Source: Porphyridium purpureum (Eukaryota). From it: DNA of 64,000 nt. Shown here piece by piece: positions 10,842 through 21,322 of the stretch (within the stretch, counting starts at the first letter, position 1; each line of letters starts with the position of its first letter). The position numbers and the translations under genes are program-made. The stretch spans positions 744,001 through 808,000 of the forward strand of contig VRMN01000005.1 of NCBI GenBank assembly GCA_008690995.1. The letters run 5' to 3'. The notes below the pieces were generated by a model that did no database searches, was not told the DNA's origin, and was given only the letters and a program-made list of their open reading frames with translations.

Positions 10842-13424
10842 ATGGTGCTTGTCGATGCGGGTCTGCACGGGCGCGCGGATGTCGTGATGCAGGGCGCCGG
10901 TGATGAGCCGGACGCGTTCGCCCAGCTGGACCACATGCGCGTGCATCCGAAATATTTGAACACCAACTCGACGTCGCACGTGTGGCCGCTGGGCGCCATT
11001 GCTGAGCTCGTGGATAATGCGCAGGATCCGGATTGCGCCGCCTCGCACTTGTGGATTGACGTCGAGTACGACGACACCGCGCAACGGGAGCCGCGTTTGG
11101 TCTTCCGCGATGACGGCAGCGGATGCTCGAAGAGCACGCTGCTATCAATGTTGTCCATGGGTTATTGCTCGAAGGACCAAACAAACATGGGTACCATTGG
11201 GAGGTACGGAAACGGTTTCAAGTCGGGCACCATGCGGCTGGGTAACGACGTCGTGGTGTTTACACGCACCGAGGGCGAGGCGTCTGTGGGCCTGTTGTCG
11301 CAGACCTTTTTGGCCGACAGGGAGGCGAACGAAGTGCTCACGCCGATTGCGACGTGGAGCATTGCTCCAGAAGAGCAATTGTCACCGGAAAAACACTTTG
11401 ACGAGACGTTCCTGCGCGACTCTGGCCAGCTTACGGCGCTCAATCTAGTCCTGCAGTATTCACCGTTCACGAACGCCCGGGATATGTGCGATTACTTCAA
11501 GCGCATCGAGAAAACAGGGACTATGATTGTAGTGTACACGTTGAAGCGTGACCTCCAGGACGACACTTTCGAGCTGGACTTTGACGAAACCCCGGACGAT
11601 ATTGTGCTTGCCAAAAAGATTGATGAACAGGGCCGATCCGTGCGATATGGCCGCGGGCGTGAAGTGAATGAACACATTCACAATCCGATGGCGATCGATT
11701 ATTCACTGCGCGCGTACTTGTCGGTACTTTATCTCCAGGCGCGTATCAACATTATCCTTCGCGGGAAGGTTGTGCGTATGAAGCCTATTGCACTCACGCT
11801 CAAGAACTCATGGCGTGATACTTACACCCCGCGTTTAACTGCTGCGAAAGAGAGCGGCAGAATAAGTGGAGGCGCTAGCGCACCGTCGTCTTTCAAGATG
11901 ATGGGCGCCGGCCCAAGCAGCAGCAGCGCAGAACCAGAAACCGTCGATATCATCTTCGGACTCAACGCCGACGCGAGCGAGCCTCGTGCGTACGGAATGA
12001 TGCTATACCATCGCGGCCGACTCATCAAGTCGTACCAGAAAATAGGCATTCAAGCGGCGCATACGGATCGGCGGGGAATTCATGTGGTGGGCGTTGTTAG
12101 CGCAGATCACCTGACACCGACGCACAACAAGCAAGACTTTCAGCACGACCGGCCGTTCAACGCGCTCATGGCCGCCCTTAGTAAGGCGTTGCTGGAATAC
12201 TACAATGTGAAAATCGAAAGCTCGCCCGAATGGCGCAATTACAAACCTGCCGGAGCGGTGCTAAACTGGGTTATGTGTGATGTGTGCAGTAAGTGGCGGA
12301 AGTTACCGGAAAATGTGCCAACCCCGGACCACAATCAGTTCTGGGAATGTAGCTACAATCGTGATTATCGCAACTTCACCTCCACGTGCTACTTGCCGGA
12401 CGATAAGATTGCGCCCATCGAGAGCCGAAGATCGGCCGCCAACTTGAAGAGAAAGCTCTTGCGAGACCAACAGCTCGCGGCTGCGGCGGCAAGAGCGACA
12501 GCCGTGCCTCGGCCGTTGGCAAATAATACAGTAGAGGGCTCTCCTTTGAAGCGATTGAAGCTGGGGAATATTCCAGAGCAGCAGAATACAGTGGCTGTCG
12601 GAGCGCAACGGCAGCCGGAGCCCGGGGCTGTCGGAGCGCAACGGCAGCCGGAGCCCGGGGCTGTCGGAGCGCAATGGCAGCCGGAGCCCGGGGCTGTCGG
12701 AGCGCAACGGCAGCCGGAGCTCGGGGCTGCCGAAGGGAATGGACTGGCAGACGTGAAGCACGCGGGAGTGCCGCTGCGTCCGAACACAGAAGCGCTCAAG
12801 GCTGAGCTTCGCAACGTTCTTGCCGATCCTGTTCCAGTGAGCACGGTCGAGGCGTCAACGCACTCGCGGCTGTGGAACGACCAATGTGAGCGGCGTGTTG
12901 AAAAAGTCGATCTCGAAGAAGAAATGAACGAAAGCGAGAATGAAGCGACTGACGATATCGACTTTGACATGACCGTGCCATCGCGGCCGCCGAGGCAAGC
13001 CCTCACGGGGAAAAGCCCCAGGCCTGTGGAGGATGTGCTAGAAGCCTTGTTCTGGAAATTATACCAGCAATTTCTACACCCGGAAGAAGAAACTAAGGTC
13101 AGTGCAAACGAATTGAGAGGGCTTGATGTAGAGCAGCTTGTGACTGTAGTCACCAAAAACATTGAGCATCAAGTTGAAGCACGCTTCAAGCGCGTTGCCG
13201 AGCAGCGCGCGTTGATGGCCGTTGCCAAGGAGCAAATGTCGCAGCAGCGCGAATTGAAGCGTTATATCGAAATTATCAGGACCAAGAACGAGAACTGGAA
13301 AACTTTGAAAGAATACTGCGCTGCCTTGCAGAAGGCGCTGGTTTCTTTCACGGGCAGATCTCCCGAAGAGCTGATGAGCAGTCCCGTGCTCTCGAGATTC
13401 CGAAATTCGGTGATTGAAGAGTAA
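10842..13424 (+). CDS. MORC: MORC family GHKL ATPase with S5 fold, CW-type zinc finger and C-terminal coiled coil
   Basis: HPKYLNTNSTSH..PLGAIAELVDNA, DDGSG, IGRYGNGFKSGTMRLG, YSLRAYLSVLY, PTHNKQDF; CW finger WVMCDVCSKWR...WEC...C. Start is 10842 or 10887. Confidence 0.95.
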   Translation: MVLVDAGLHGRADVVMQGAGDEPDAFAQLDHMRVHPKYLNTNSTSHVWPLGAIAELVDNAQDPDCAASHLWIDVEYDDTAQREPRLVFRDDGSGCSKSTLLSMLSMGYCSKDQTNMGTIGRYGNGFKSGTMRLGNDVVVFTRTEGEASVGLLSQTFLADREANEVLTPIATWSIAPEEQLSPEKHFDETFLRDSGQLTALNLVLQYSPFTNARDMCDYFKRIEKTGTMIVVYTLKRDLQDDTFELDFDETPDDIVLAKKIDEQGRSVRYGRGREVNEHIHNPMAIDYSLRAYLSVLYLQARINIILRGKVVRMKPIALTLKNSWRDTYTPRLTAAKESGRISGGASAPSSFKMMGAGPSSSSAEPETVDIIFGLNADASEPRAYGMMLYHRGRLIKSYQKIGIQAAHTDRRGIHVVGVVSADHLTPTHNKQDFQHDRPFNALMAALSKALLEYYNVKIESSPEWRNYKPAGAVLNWVMCDVCSKWRKLPENVPTPDHNQFWECSYNRDYRNFTSTCYLPDDKIAPIESRRSAANLKRKLLRDQQLAAAAARATAVPRPLANNTVEGSPLKRLKLGNIPEQQNTVAVGAQRQPEPGAVGAQRQPEPGAVGAQWQPEPGAVGAQRQPELGAAEGNGLADVKHAGVPLRPNTEALKAELRNVLADPVPVSTVEASTHSRLWNDQCERRVEKVDLEEEMNESENEATDDIDFDMTVPSRPPRQALTGKSPRPVEDVLEALFWKLYQQFLHPEEETKVSANELRGLDVEQLVTVVTKNIEHQVEARFKRVAEQRALMAVAKEQMSQQRELKRYIEIIRTKNENWKTLKEYCAALQKALVSFTGRSPEELMSSPVLSRFRNSVIEE
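12593..12729 (+). repeat. 33-bp in-frame minisatellite, 4 copies, inside MORC (AVGAQRQPEPG)
   Basis: Unit ggctgtcggagcgcaacggcagccggagcccgg; copies 3 and 4 each carry one substitution. Confidence 0.97.
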
Positions 13425-13938
13425 GAGTATGGCAGCATGGCCGGTCGACGGACTCTGGAAATTTTCTTTCTTTCTTCGTTTTTTTCCTTTTACCCTTTTT
13501 ATCTCTTTACCTGAATTTGGTATGTCTATTTGCGCTGACCGCCGCACTCTTCTCCGAGAATCGGCATGTTGCCCTCAAAAATGTTGACAGAATCAACTAT
13601 TTCTGCGCTTGAAGTCTGCCACGACTTGCCGTGTCCTTTTTCGCACGGGGAGGCCATTGCGATGTGCGCGCACATAAGGGATTGGGGTTTAGTAAATTTG
13701 CAAAGTCGGATTTGAATTTCAGTCGCTGCGAAACGACCAGGAGCTCATGCAGTCCCAGTCTGGGATAATTTTGCAGTTCGCTTGAAGACGGTGCTGAACT
13801 TTGGCATCCGAGTTGGCGGAGTTTTGCTGGAAACGTACGTACGACCAGCGCCTTGGACAGTCAAAAGAGCCAAGTGACATATCGGCAATCAGCGTGAACA
13901 CTTCACTCAAAGTTTGGTATGAAGCGAATCCCAGCAGC

Positions 13939-16299
13939 TCACGCAGAGCTCGGAAACACTCTGGCTCCCATCAAACTTACACGAAAAGCTTGTACGATGT
14001 TTTCGATACTAGGTTCCGCTAAACCTTCTCGAATAGCGAGCGTCCGTGCTTCGTGGCAAGCAGCAATGATTTCAGGTGCGGTGCGGTCTGCTGTGAGAAT
14101 GGCCAACTCGCGACAGATTCGACTTGAATGTGGACTCGACACTGGACCCGTATCCAGCCACAATCCAAGATGGTCCTGCAAGATGAGCTCCCTCGCCGCG
14201 ACGTCCGGCTTGGCCATATGGATAAAGACTTCGACGCGCCCGGGTCTTAAAAGAGCCGGATCGATGGCATCCCTTCCACTTGTTGATGCTATAAGAAGCA
14301 CAGCATCATCCCTTAATGATTTGCCGGAGCTGTCTGGATCGTGCTGGTACAATTGGGCCCCGTCAAGCTCAAGTAACAGGGTACTCAACAAACGCTTGCT
14401 CGACGAAGGTCCGGAATCTTCGTCAGGGCCCCGACGCAATGGTGCCAAAATTTCAATGTTCTCCACAAAAAGAATGGTCGGTGCCGTTTGTCGCGCAAAT
14501 GCAAACACCTGACTGAGTGCGCGCTCGGATTCGCCCACAAGACTGCTCACAATTTCCGAACTCTCGACGCGCATAAAGTTTGCTCCGCGCCGCGCCACCT
14601 CAGATCCAACCTGATGAATGAGCCTGGTCTTACCCGAGCCGGACTCTCCACACACCAAGATACCACGAGGAGCTGCGAGCGCCATGTGTGCATCGCGCTC
14701 TATCATGTTCAAACCCGCTAGCATGTATGTCTTGAGCATCGCTTCTTGAGCACCAAGGCCGCGTAACGGCTCGCTGTCATGGTCTAGTCTTTCTGAAGAC
14801 GAGGCTGCATCCCTCCACCAATGACATGCGCTGATTGCAAGCGGTTTCACCCATTTCAGTGCACTCGTGACATCGCCTGCATGCAGGGGACCTGGACTTA
14901 GAGCTCGCCCTGCCCAAAGTCGCGCATTTATAACAGTACGAAGCGCGAGGGCCTCAAAGTCGACAACCCGAAAACCTGCACTTTGGTCCGCAAGTACCTC
15001 GAGCTCCGGAGTGCTGACTTTGACGTGCATGTCGGAGAGCCTGGTGGCAAGGACTTGGAAGCGGCTGGCACGTGAAGGTGCCGCGAGTGAGTACACTACA
15101 GCAGGATCATGCGGATCATTTAGCAGTGAGTCCGATACGGTCTGACTGAGGTATGTTGCACTTGACAGCACGTAGAGAGATGAATCGCAACGCGCAGCGT
15201 CCATGCAGCATTTTAGCGCGTCCATGACATCTTGGTTAGAGCACATGAGATCCATGTCGTCCATCAACACACACGTTCGAATGTTCGCGGCAGCGCTTCT
15301 TTTCGCATTCTTAAGTTCTTTGAGCACGCGCAGAGCGCCACCACCACGCGCATGGCCCAGCACGTCGTCCGGTGAAAGCATAACTGAGGCCCCGAAATAT
15401 TTCGCCTTTAGATATTGAAGTAGCGTGCTCTTGCCACTGCCCACCGGGCCACAAATAAGGACCTTGTGGTTTTCTTGGTTTTTCCACTTGCGCAAACACA
15501 TGCGCTCGAGGTTTTCCATGACATCGTCAGGCAACAGGTGCCCGCGAGCACAGTCGCGCACGGCGATCGAGCTGAACCGAATCTGAGAGCTTTCGCCCGG
15601 CTCGGATTGCGATGACCCGACTAGAGATTCATGCTGTGGTCGTGAACTCGCACAGATTCTGGTTGATGCTACAAGAAGCGCGCGCGTTCCGCCCTCCGCT
15701 GTGTGAGCCGGTAAAGACACCTTGTCGAGCAAGATCTTGTAGCCTGCGCAAAAGACGGTGCATTGCTCGGAAACAGGCGCGTTTTGCAGCAGTGTTCGGC
15801 AAGCAAGGAGGAGTGCGGTTAGCTTTTGACACCCCACCTGCTCATCCGCAACACTTCCAGGTCCGTAGCGCTCCACCTTGCGCAGCTCGACCTGCGTTGC
15901 CGCGACCGGCTGCAGACGCTTGCCGCTAAGAATCGTCCGGTGATGTTCAAGCACATTAAAACCTGTGCCTGACGGAGCGCTTGCGCAAATGTCGCGCGCT
16001 CCGTCGGTGAGAAAAAGAATCGCTGCTTCGCCGTCATGATCATCTTCTATGTCCTGGGTGGATGAAACCGGGCTGTCCACTCGCAGCGCAGTACATGCTT
16101 CATGCGCGCTGCTCGCCGTGCCGCGAATGAGCGTCCAGAAGCGCACGTTGTCGCAACGCAGCAGTAGCCAATCGCCCGCCCCGTACGTCGCCCGCTGGCG
16201 AGCTTGCACAATCCACGCGTGCTCAAAGCCTGAGCTGGCCCGAGTCGCAATCGGGACGGCGCTTGAGCATAGCTTGCGCAGCGTCGACTCGCCAGTCAT
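13939..16299 (-). CDS. Divergent type II (double-domain) AAA+ ATPase of the CDC48/AFG2/PEX group
   Basis: Walker A GPVGSGKST and GESGSGKT, IVSSLVGESE, RLLSTLLLELDG and SRH IDPALLRPGR. ATG 16299 is preferred because the longer ORF overlaps the next gene. Confidence 0.85.
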   Translation of the reverse strand: MTGESTLRKLCSSAVPIATRASSGFEHAWIVQARQRATYGAGDWLLLRCDNVRFWTLIRGTASSAHEACTALRVDSPVSSTQDIEDDHDGEAAILFLTDGARDICASAPSGTGFNVLEHHRTILSGKRLQPVAATQVELRKVERYGPGSVADEQVGCQKLTALLLACRTLLQNAPVSEQCTVFCAGYKILLDKVSLPAHTAEGGTRALLVASTRICASSRPQHESLVGSSQSEPGESSQIRFSSIAVRDCARGHLLPDDVMENLERMCLRKWKNQENHKVLICGPVGSGKSTLLQYLKAKYFGASVMLSPDDVLGHARGGGALRVLKELKNAKRSAAANIRTCVLMDDMDLMCSNQDVMDALKCCMDAARCDSSLYVLSSATYLSQTVSDSLLNDPHDPAVVYSLAAPSRASRFQVLATRLSDMHVKVSTPELEVLADQSAGFRVVDFEALALRTVINARLWAGRALSPGPLHAGDVTSALKWVKPLAISACHWWRDAASSSERLDHDSEPLRGLGAQEAMLKTYMLAGLNMIERDAHMALAAPRGILVCGESGSGKTRLIHQVGSEVARRGANFMRVESSEIVSSLVGESERALSQVFAFARQTAPTILFVENIEILAPLRRGPDEDSGPSSSKRLLSTLLLELDGAQLYQHDPDSSGKSLRDDAVLLIASTSGRDAIDPALLRPGRVEVFIHMAKPDVAARELILQDHLGLWLDTGPVSSPHSSRICRELAILTADRTAPEIIAACHEARTLAIREGLAEPSIENIVQAFRVSLMGARVFPSSA

Positions 16300-16491
16300 C
16301 AGACTGACGACGCCTTGCTGGGGAAGCTCAGCTCGACACGGACATTTGCGAGTGATACCTTTGCAGCCTCTTGAGAAAGATAGACGAGGAAGCAGCAGAC
16401 TTGGCAAAGTCGGGGACGCTGCCGCCGCGGCTCGCTCTCCGTGCTCGTGAGGGACACTGTGTATTGAGTGTCCGCTTTCAGTCAGCGTACG

Positions 16492-16974
16492 ATGAGCGGG
16501 GCCCCGTTTGGCGGAACAAGCGGAGGTACCGCCGGTGCCGCCGGGGATCGGGGCTCGACAGCGGCGCTCGAAGAACAGCTTGCGCGCTTGCGCGCGGTCT
16601 TGAACATACCGGCGAACACCGATGGAAACCCGGCTGGGCCCGCATCTGCGCCTCCTGCGCTGCGCACAGCAGGTTCGGTAGGGGCTGAGACAGAAATGCG
16701 GCGCGTGATGGCTGCATGCGGCGTCGAAGAGAGCAGGTTTGCCCTCATGCGCGTGCAGGATGGGCTCGGGCGCTTGTTGATACACGTCAAGGATGAAATG
16801 GAGTTAGAGAAGGAGATTGGTGCACTACAGAAGGACTGCGCGCGGCTTGATTTTGAGTGCGCGCTTATGGACGCAAAGCTCATGCGACTCAAGGGCAACA
16901 TTGCATTTATCGAGGCTGGATGGATGGACCAAGAGCAAGAGCAAGAGCAAGAGCAAGAACGGACAAACATTTAA
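16492..16974 (+). CDS. Hypothetical coiled-coil protein, 160 aa
   Basis: ATG-started ORF filling the gap between two genes, with heptad-like ELEKEIGALQKDCARL...LKGNI and a (caagag)n QE tail. Confidence 0.6.
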   Translation: MSGAPFGGTSGGTAGAAGDRGSTAALEEQLARLRAVLNIPANTDGNPAGPASAPPALRTAGSVGAETEMRRVMAACGVEESRFALMRVQDGLGRLLIHVKDEMELEKEIGALQKDCARLDFECALMDAKLMRLKGNIAFIEAGWMDQEQEQEQEQERTNI

Positions 16975-17079
16975 CCTCGCCATATAATCTATATCACTAG
17001 CAGGCAGGCGCGTGCGCGCCGAGGCCTTGGCAATATCTTCTGCGCCCAGTCAAAGGCATAAAGATAGGCCGCAATGGTA

Positions 17080-18192
17080 TTATTTCTGCATGGCCACTTG
17101 AACTTCGTCCTCCCCAGCAGTGGCTCTTTCTAGAGCTTCTGTAACTTCTGGAGAGACCTCTGTTGACTCAAGCCACGTCGGACTCGGAAGCTTCTTTGAA
17201 CTCAAGAATACTGGGTTAAACAATTTTGCCGAGTATCGGGTTCCAAGATCACACAGGATCGTAACGAGCGTGTGGCCCGGTCCAAGTTGTCTGGCCAGGT
17301 GGACCGCGCCGGCCACGTTGATCCCAGATGAGATTCCGACGCACAACCCTTCCTCCTCTAGTAGCTGGAGAGCCCATTCCATTCCCTCGGAGTCCGAGAT
17401 TGTGAGCGCAACGTCTGGTTTGAAGTCCTCGCCGATCGCCTTGGTGACTCGGCCCTGTCCAATGCCTTCCGAAATGCTGGAACCTTCTCCCTTGAGCTCC
17501 CCATGATTATAGTAGTGCACCAGCGCGGCACCGGCCGGGTCGGTCAGCCCAATGGTGATATCAGGCTTCTGGCTCCTTAGGTAGCTCGCGCACCCACTAA
17601 GTGTGCCTCCGGTGCCGATCGCGCAGCTGAATGCGTCAAGCTTCCCGCCCGTCTGCTGCCAAATCTCAGGGCCCGTTGTCTCAATATGCGCGAGGCGATT
17701 CACCGGGTTGTCAAACTGGTTTGCCCAAAATGCACCCATCTGCTCTGCCAGGCGGCCCGCTAGACGTGCATAATTGTTTGGGTTGCGGTACGGCACCGCA
17801 GGCACCTCGACGAGCTCGGCTCCCGCAATGCGAAGCATCTGCTTCTTCTCCTCGCTTTGCGTGTTAGGAATCACAATGATGGTGCGATAACCCTTGCAGC
17901 GCGCAATGAGCGCGAGCCCAATGCCCGTGTTGCCGGCCGTGCCCTCCACAATGATCCCGCCCGGCTTGAGCAGTCCGCGTCGCTCTGCATCTTCAATGAG
18001 ATACAGCGCAGCACGGTCCTTCACACTACCCCCCGGGTTCAGAAACTCCATCTTGCCGTAGATTGTGCAGCCGGTTTCGGCCGACGCCTTGGTCAGCTTG
18101 ATCAGCGGCGTGTTGCCGACAGCGTCCGCAAACGAGTCGTACACATTGTCGACAATCACCTTTCGCCCCGGGAAGAGCGCTCCTTCCGCCAT
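17080..18192 (-). CDS. cysK: Cysteine synthase / O-acetylserine(thiol)lyase, no transit peptide
   Basis: GNTPLI, PLP lysine motif NPGGSVKDR, EGTAGNTGIGL, NQFDN, TTGPEIW, GTGGT and VTILCD. Confidence 0.95.
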   Translation of the reverse strand: MAEGALFPGRKVIVDNVYDSFADAVGNTPLIKLTKASAETGCTIYGKMEFLNPGGSVKDRAALYLIEDAERRGLLKPGGIIVEGTAGNTGIGLALIARCKGYRTIIVIPNTQSEEKKQMLRIAGAELVEVPAVPYRNPNNYARLAGRLAEQMGAFWANQFDNPVNRLAHIETTGPEIWQQTGGKLDAFSCAIGTGGTLSGCASYLRSQKPDITIGLTDPAGAALVHYYNHGELKGEGSSISEGIGQGRVTKAIGEDFKPDVALTISDSEGMEWALQLLEEEGLCVGISSGINVAGAVHLARQLGPGHTLVTILCDLGTRYSAKLFNPVFLSSKKLPSPTWLESTEVSPEVTEALERATAGEDEVQVAMQK

Positions 18193-18374
18193 AGTAATTA
18201 ATACAGCTTCTTGAGATCCACGTGCGACGCGTGCGGCCTGCTCCCGACGGACGTGGCTGTTGCTGCGAAGCGAAGCGATGCTAGGCCACAGCGCGCACGC
18301 CCCACAAAAATGTCGACCCTCCAGACGCGCAAACTTGAGCTACACACGCGAGCGCGTGCGTTCAAGACGTGACT

Positions 18375-18421
18375 GTACCGCTTCACTGTACCTTAGGATA
18401 CTGCTGTACTTCGAAGTACAG
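18375..18421. promoter_or_regulatory. GTAC motif cluster with a perfect 18-bp palindrome (CTGTACTTCGAAGTACAG, 18404-18421) upstream of cysteine synthase
   Basis: GTAC at 18375, 18388, 18406 and 18416; the palindrome was checked by reverse complement. Function is inferred. Confidence 0.45.
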
Positions 18422-18549
18422 TTTAAGCCGGGCACGAAACGCGTTGCGCACGCGCCACGAGCTGTGGCCCGTGCAGCGATCATGTGTTGATGGCGATGAG
18501 GACGCTGCTGATGCCCTGCACAGCGCTGCAGCACTGCCACGCGCTTGAA

Positions 18550-21150
18550 AATGGCGGTGTCAAAGAAGTGCTGCGCAAGGTCACGCAGAAGCATAGACGC
18601 GCCGCGCGCGTTCGTGTGGAACGGCGACTCCGTCCGCAAAATGTACGGTTTTGCGTTTGCCGTGATGTCGAGACTCGGCCACGTTCCGATGAGGCGTGTG
18701 TTGCTCAAGAGCCAGCCACCGCTAAGCAGCGATCGTGCGGCTCGTCGTGTCTGTCGTCACGACGTACGCATTGTACCGCCACCTGACTAGAATCTGGTCG
18801 ACACATTTCTCGACGCCGCCGTGCCGTTCGGTTGGCTGAAAGAGCACGGTTCATCGAATGTCATCAAAAAAGACTGGTACTCGCTTTTGCAGAAAACGAA
18901 TCCAATCGACACTTTGCGCGCGTTCGGGGAATCCGTCCACGTCAGAGACAAACAGAAGCGATGAAAGCACGAGTGCCGGTGTAAATGCGCCAAAAAAGGT
19001 CATGCCCGGATGGTTTCGAATTCGATCAACTTTCCCTGATAGGGGAGACGCCAGAAACATCTACCAATGCACTGGTTCGTACAGATTACGGATGTGGACG
19101 GTTTGGACAATCCTTGTGCACCCCCGTCGAGCAAAATTGACCAGGTCGGACGTTATCTTTGTTGTGTCCATCGCGTTGTCGTCCACTTCAAACGCGATGC
19201 TATGAAAGCCCACGTCCATGTGATATACACGCTTTTCTGCCAACCGATCTGCAGGCGACGGCCGGTGAGATGTCTTTTCGTCCGTGGTAGGGTGCCTTTG
19301 GCTTGATCACGGTCACAAGCGCACGCGGTACGGCGTATACTTTTCCTTGCTGCAGAATTACGGTAATCTCTGGATCCCACGTGCACAGATTCAGCTAGGA
19401 CACTGGTTTTGCTTCAAAGCCAAGTTCAAGCTTCTCAGGTATAATGTCAGCGTAATGTTGCAGAGCCGAAGCTGCACCTGAAACGCGACACCTACTGACA
19501 ACGCAAAGAAAACATACACGGCGAGAACCGAACGAGGCCCCGGGACAAGAGTCCGTTTCGCCTAAGCATTCTGACGGCGCGGTATCAAGCAAACACGCAA
19601 GTTTGTCTGGGCCCAGAACAACCGAAAAGGTTGGACCGCGGTTCTACCAGCTTCGAAGTGAGCTCTGAAGAAGGCCTCGATGTTTGACAAGGAAATGAGC
19701 GGAAAACTCAAGCTGGGCAGCACCGGACACAAACATTGTACTTGCGCTTTCCCTTTTGCATGAGAAGAAGAAACGCGTACAGAAGGTAAAGCGCCGTCCT
19801 TTCACCTTCTCCAGAGTCAAGCTGCAAAAGCGCATCAAGCTGATAAACTCAAGTGGACTGGAGCAATACATCGCTGCCCAGACACGAACCCGACCAACTT
19901 TTGAGCCGCTCTGTTTCAAAACTCGTCCCCCAGGTTAGCGCCCGCACGTCAAGATTGCATCGGTACTTTGAGCGGACAGCCACAAACCCATATTACATGC
20001 ATGCACAAGATCAATCTCTGCATTGGCTTTCAGGAGGACTTGCGTCATGCCTATTAAAACTCTCGCTTGACGACCTCCGTCTTTGCTGAAGGCATTTTTA
20101 GAAGCAAGTCCCGACCCTGTCTATGCGAAAGAGCTACAGTCATCCAAGGACACGACAAATCCTTCTTCAGGCACGAGCGACATGTAAGCACGCGCTGCTT
20201 TGCTTTCTTCAAAAGTTGGCAAGTATCGTTGTTTCTTTGTCGCAAAATAAGACCTAGAATGTTTCGTTCCGTGACGCACTTCCGCGCCGAGCAGTGCAGA
20301 TATTCGTCCGCAGCATGACGGTGCCCCGCTGGTGGCAGCAGAGAGTCACATTTTTCTCAAGGAATAACCTTCTCAGCAAAATTCGACGACATTTCAAATT
20401 CCTTTGTTGCCGAGCAGTCCACGCAAGAAGTGCGTGTTGTTCCGACAGGTCAATTTGCTCGACGAAAGACGTGCTGCCATCTGTGAATTGATCCGTCGTC
20501 AAAATGATTCAGCAATCGAACTCAGTAGGGTACTTGCGCTGCTGGTCTCGTGATACTTCTTGGTTAAAGAACAAGATGCCGCCAACACCACGACTCCTTC
20601 TCTGAGCAGCGAAAACTTCTCAACACGGCTTGAAACAGCGCCAGCATTCAGAAAGGGATCGAAGACGTAGTCGACGCATGATGCCGCACGACGCACGTGC
20701 GAAAACATGGCTAGGTCGGACCGGAGCTGCAGGTGATGGCTGATCCGCTCTTTCAAACGCGCACGGTCGTTCTCACGAGCATCACATGAGTTTCCATTCC
20801 CTGCAGCAATATGCAAGCTGCGCGAGTGAAAGACAGTCGCCGGCGAAACTTTCGACACCCTGCACGGGAGTTTTTCGTGCCGGCGGGAGCTCTCTTACGC
20901 TGGGCAAGATGCATCGTCTAGCGCTAGGCTCCAGTAAATGAACGCGGCAGCGGCAACAACAGCCAGCGAGACCACGACCTAGCAAAGCAGCTGCATGTGG
21001 CAGGTTCGTGACCCGGACCACGTCGCCCGTTCGATGCGCGGCTGTATTGCGCACGACGCGGGCTCCTGTTTCTGCCAGTTTATTTGCACTCGAGCGCGGC
21101 ACCGGCAGTCCATAGACACAAGTTCTATCAAAGTTGTGCAACTTCGATGA
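18550..21150 (-). pseudogene. Decayed paralog of the GT92-like gene at 32626-36453
   Basis: Collinear fragments broken by stops and frameshifts: LKERISHHLQL~LEEWLMFHLNL, EKNVTLCC~RKNVQALCC, EFSAHFLVKHRG~EFSAHLLFKHRG, GETDSCPG~GEADTFPE, YHMDVGFHSIAFEVDDNA~HHLHIGFNDITIYVDGNA, FVSDVDGF~LISDVDEF, ESPFHTN~ESTFYTN. Ends are approximate. Confidence 0.85.
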
Positions 21151-21322
21151 CTGCGCCGTGAGAACGTGGCCGAATCTCAACCCTCGGGAGAATCGATAGA
21201 GTTCCTTGCGCGATTGGGGGCGGCCGTTCTGAGCAAGTCGGCGTGTGCCTTTGGATTCTGCGGACAAGGTCAGGTAGATCGTCTCATCGCAAAGACGCCC
21301 GCTGCCCTGCTGACTGGTGTTG

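Noticed and set aside
10620..11084. Apparent overlap of the S1-protein and MORC ORFs
   Set aside because: Disappears when ATG starts at 10619 and 10842 are used instead of GTG/TTG starts.
12593..12729. 33-bp repeat as a CRISPR array
   Set aside because: No spacers, in frame within a eukaryotic gene, and no cas genes.
16300..16785. N-terminal extension of the AAA ORF
   Set aside because: Antisense to the 16492-16974 gene; no domain features.
18200..21300. Degenerate transposon explanation for the fragmented ORFs
   Set aside because: No transposase or RT motifs and no terminal repeats; the fragments match the GT gene instead.
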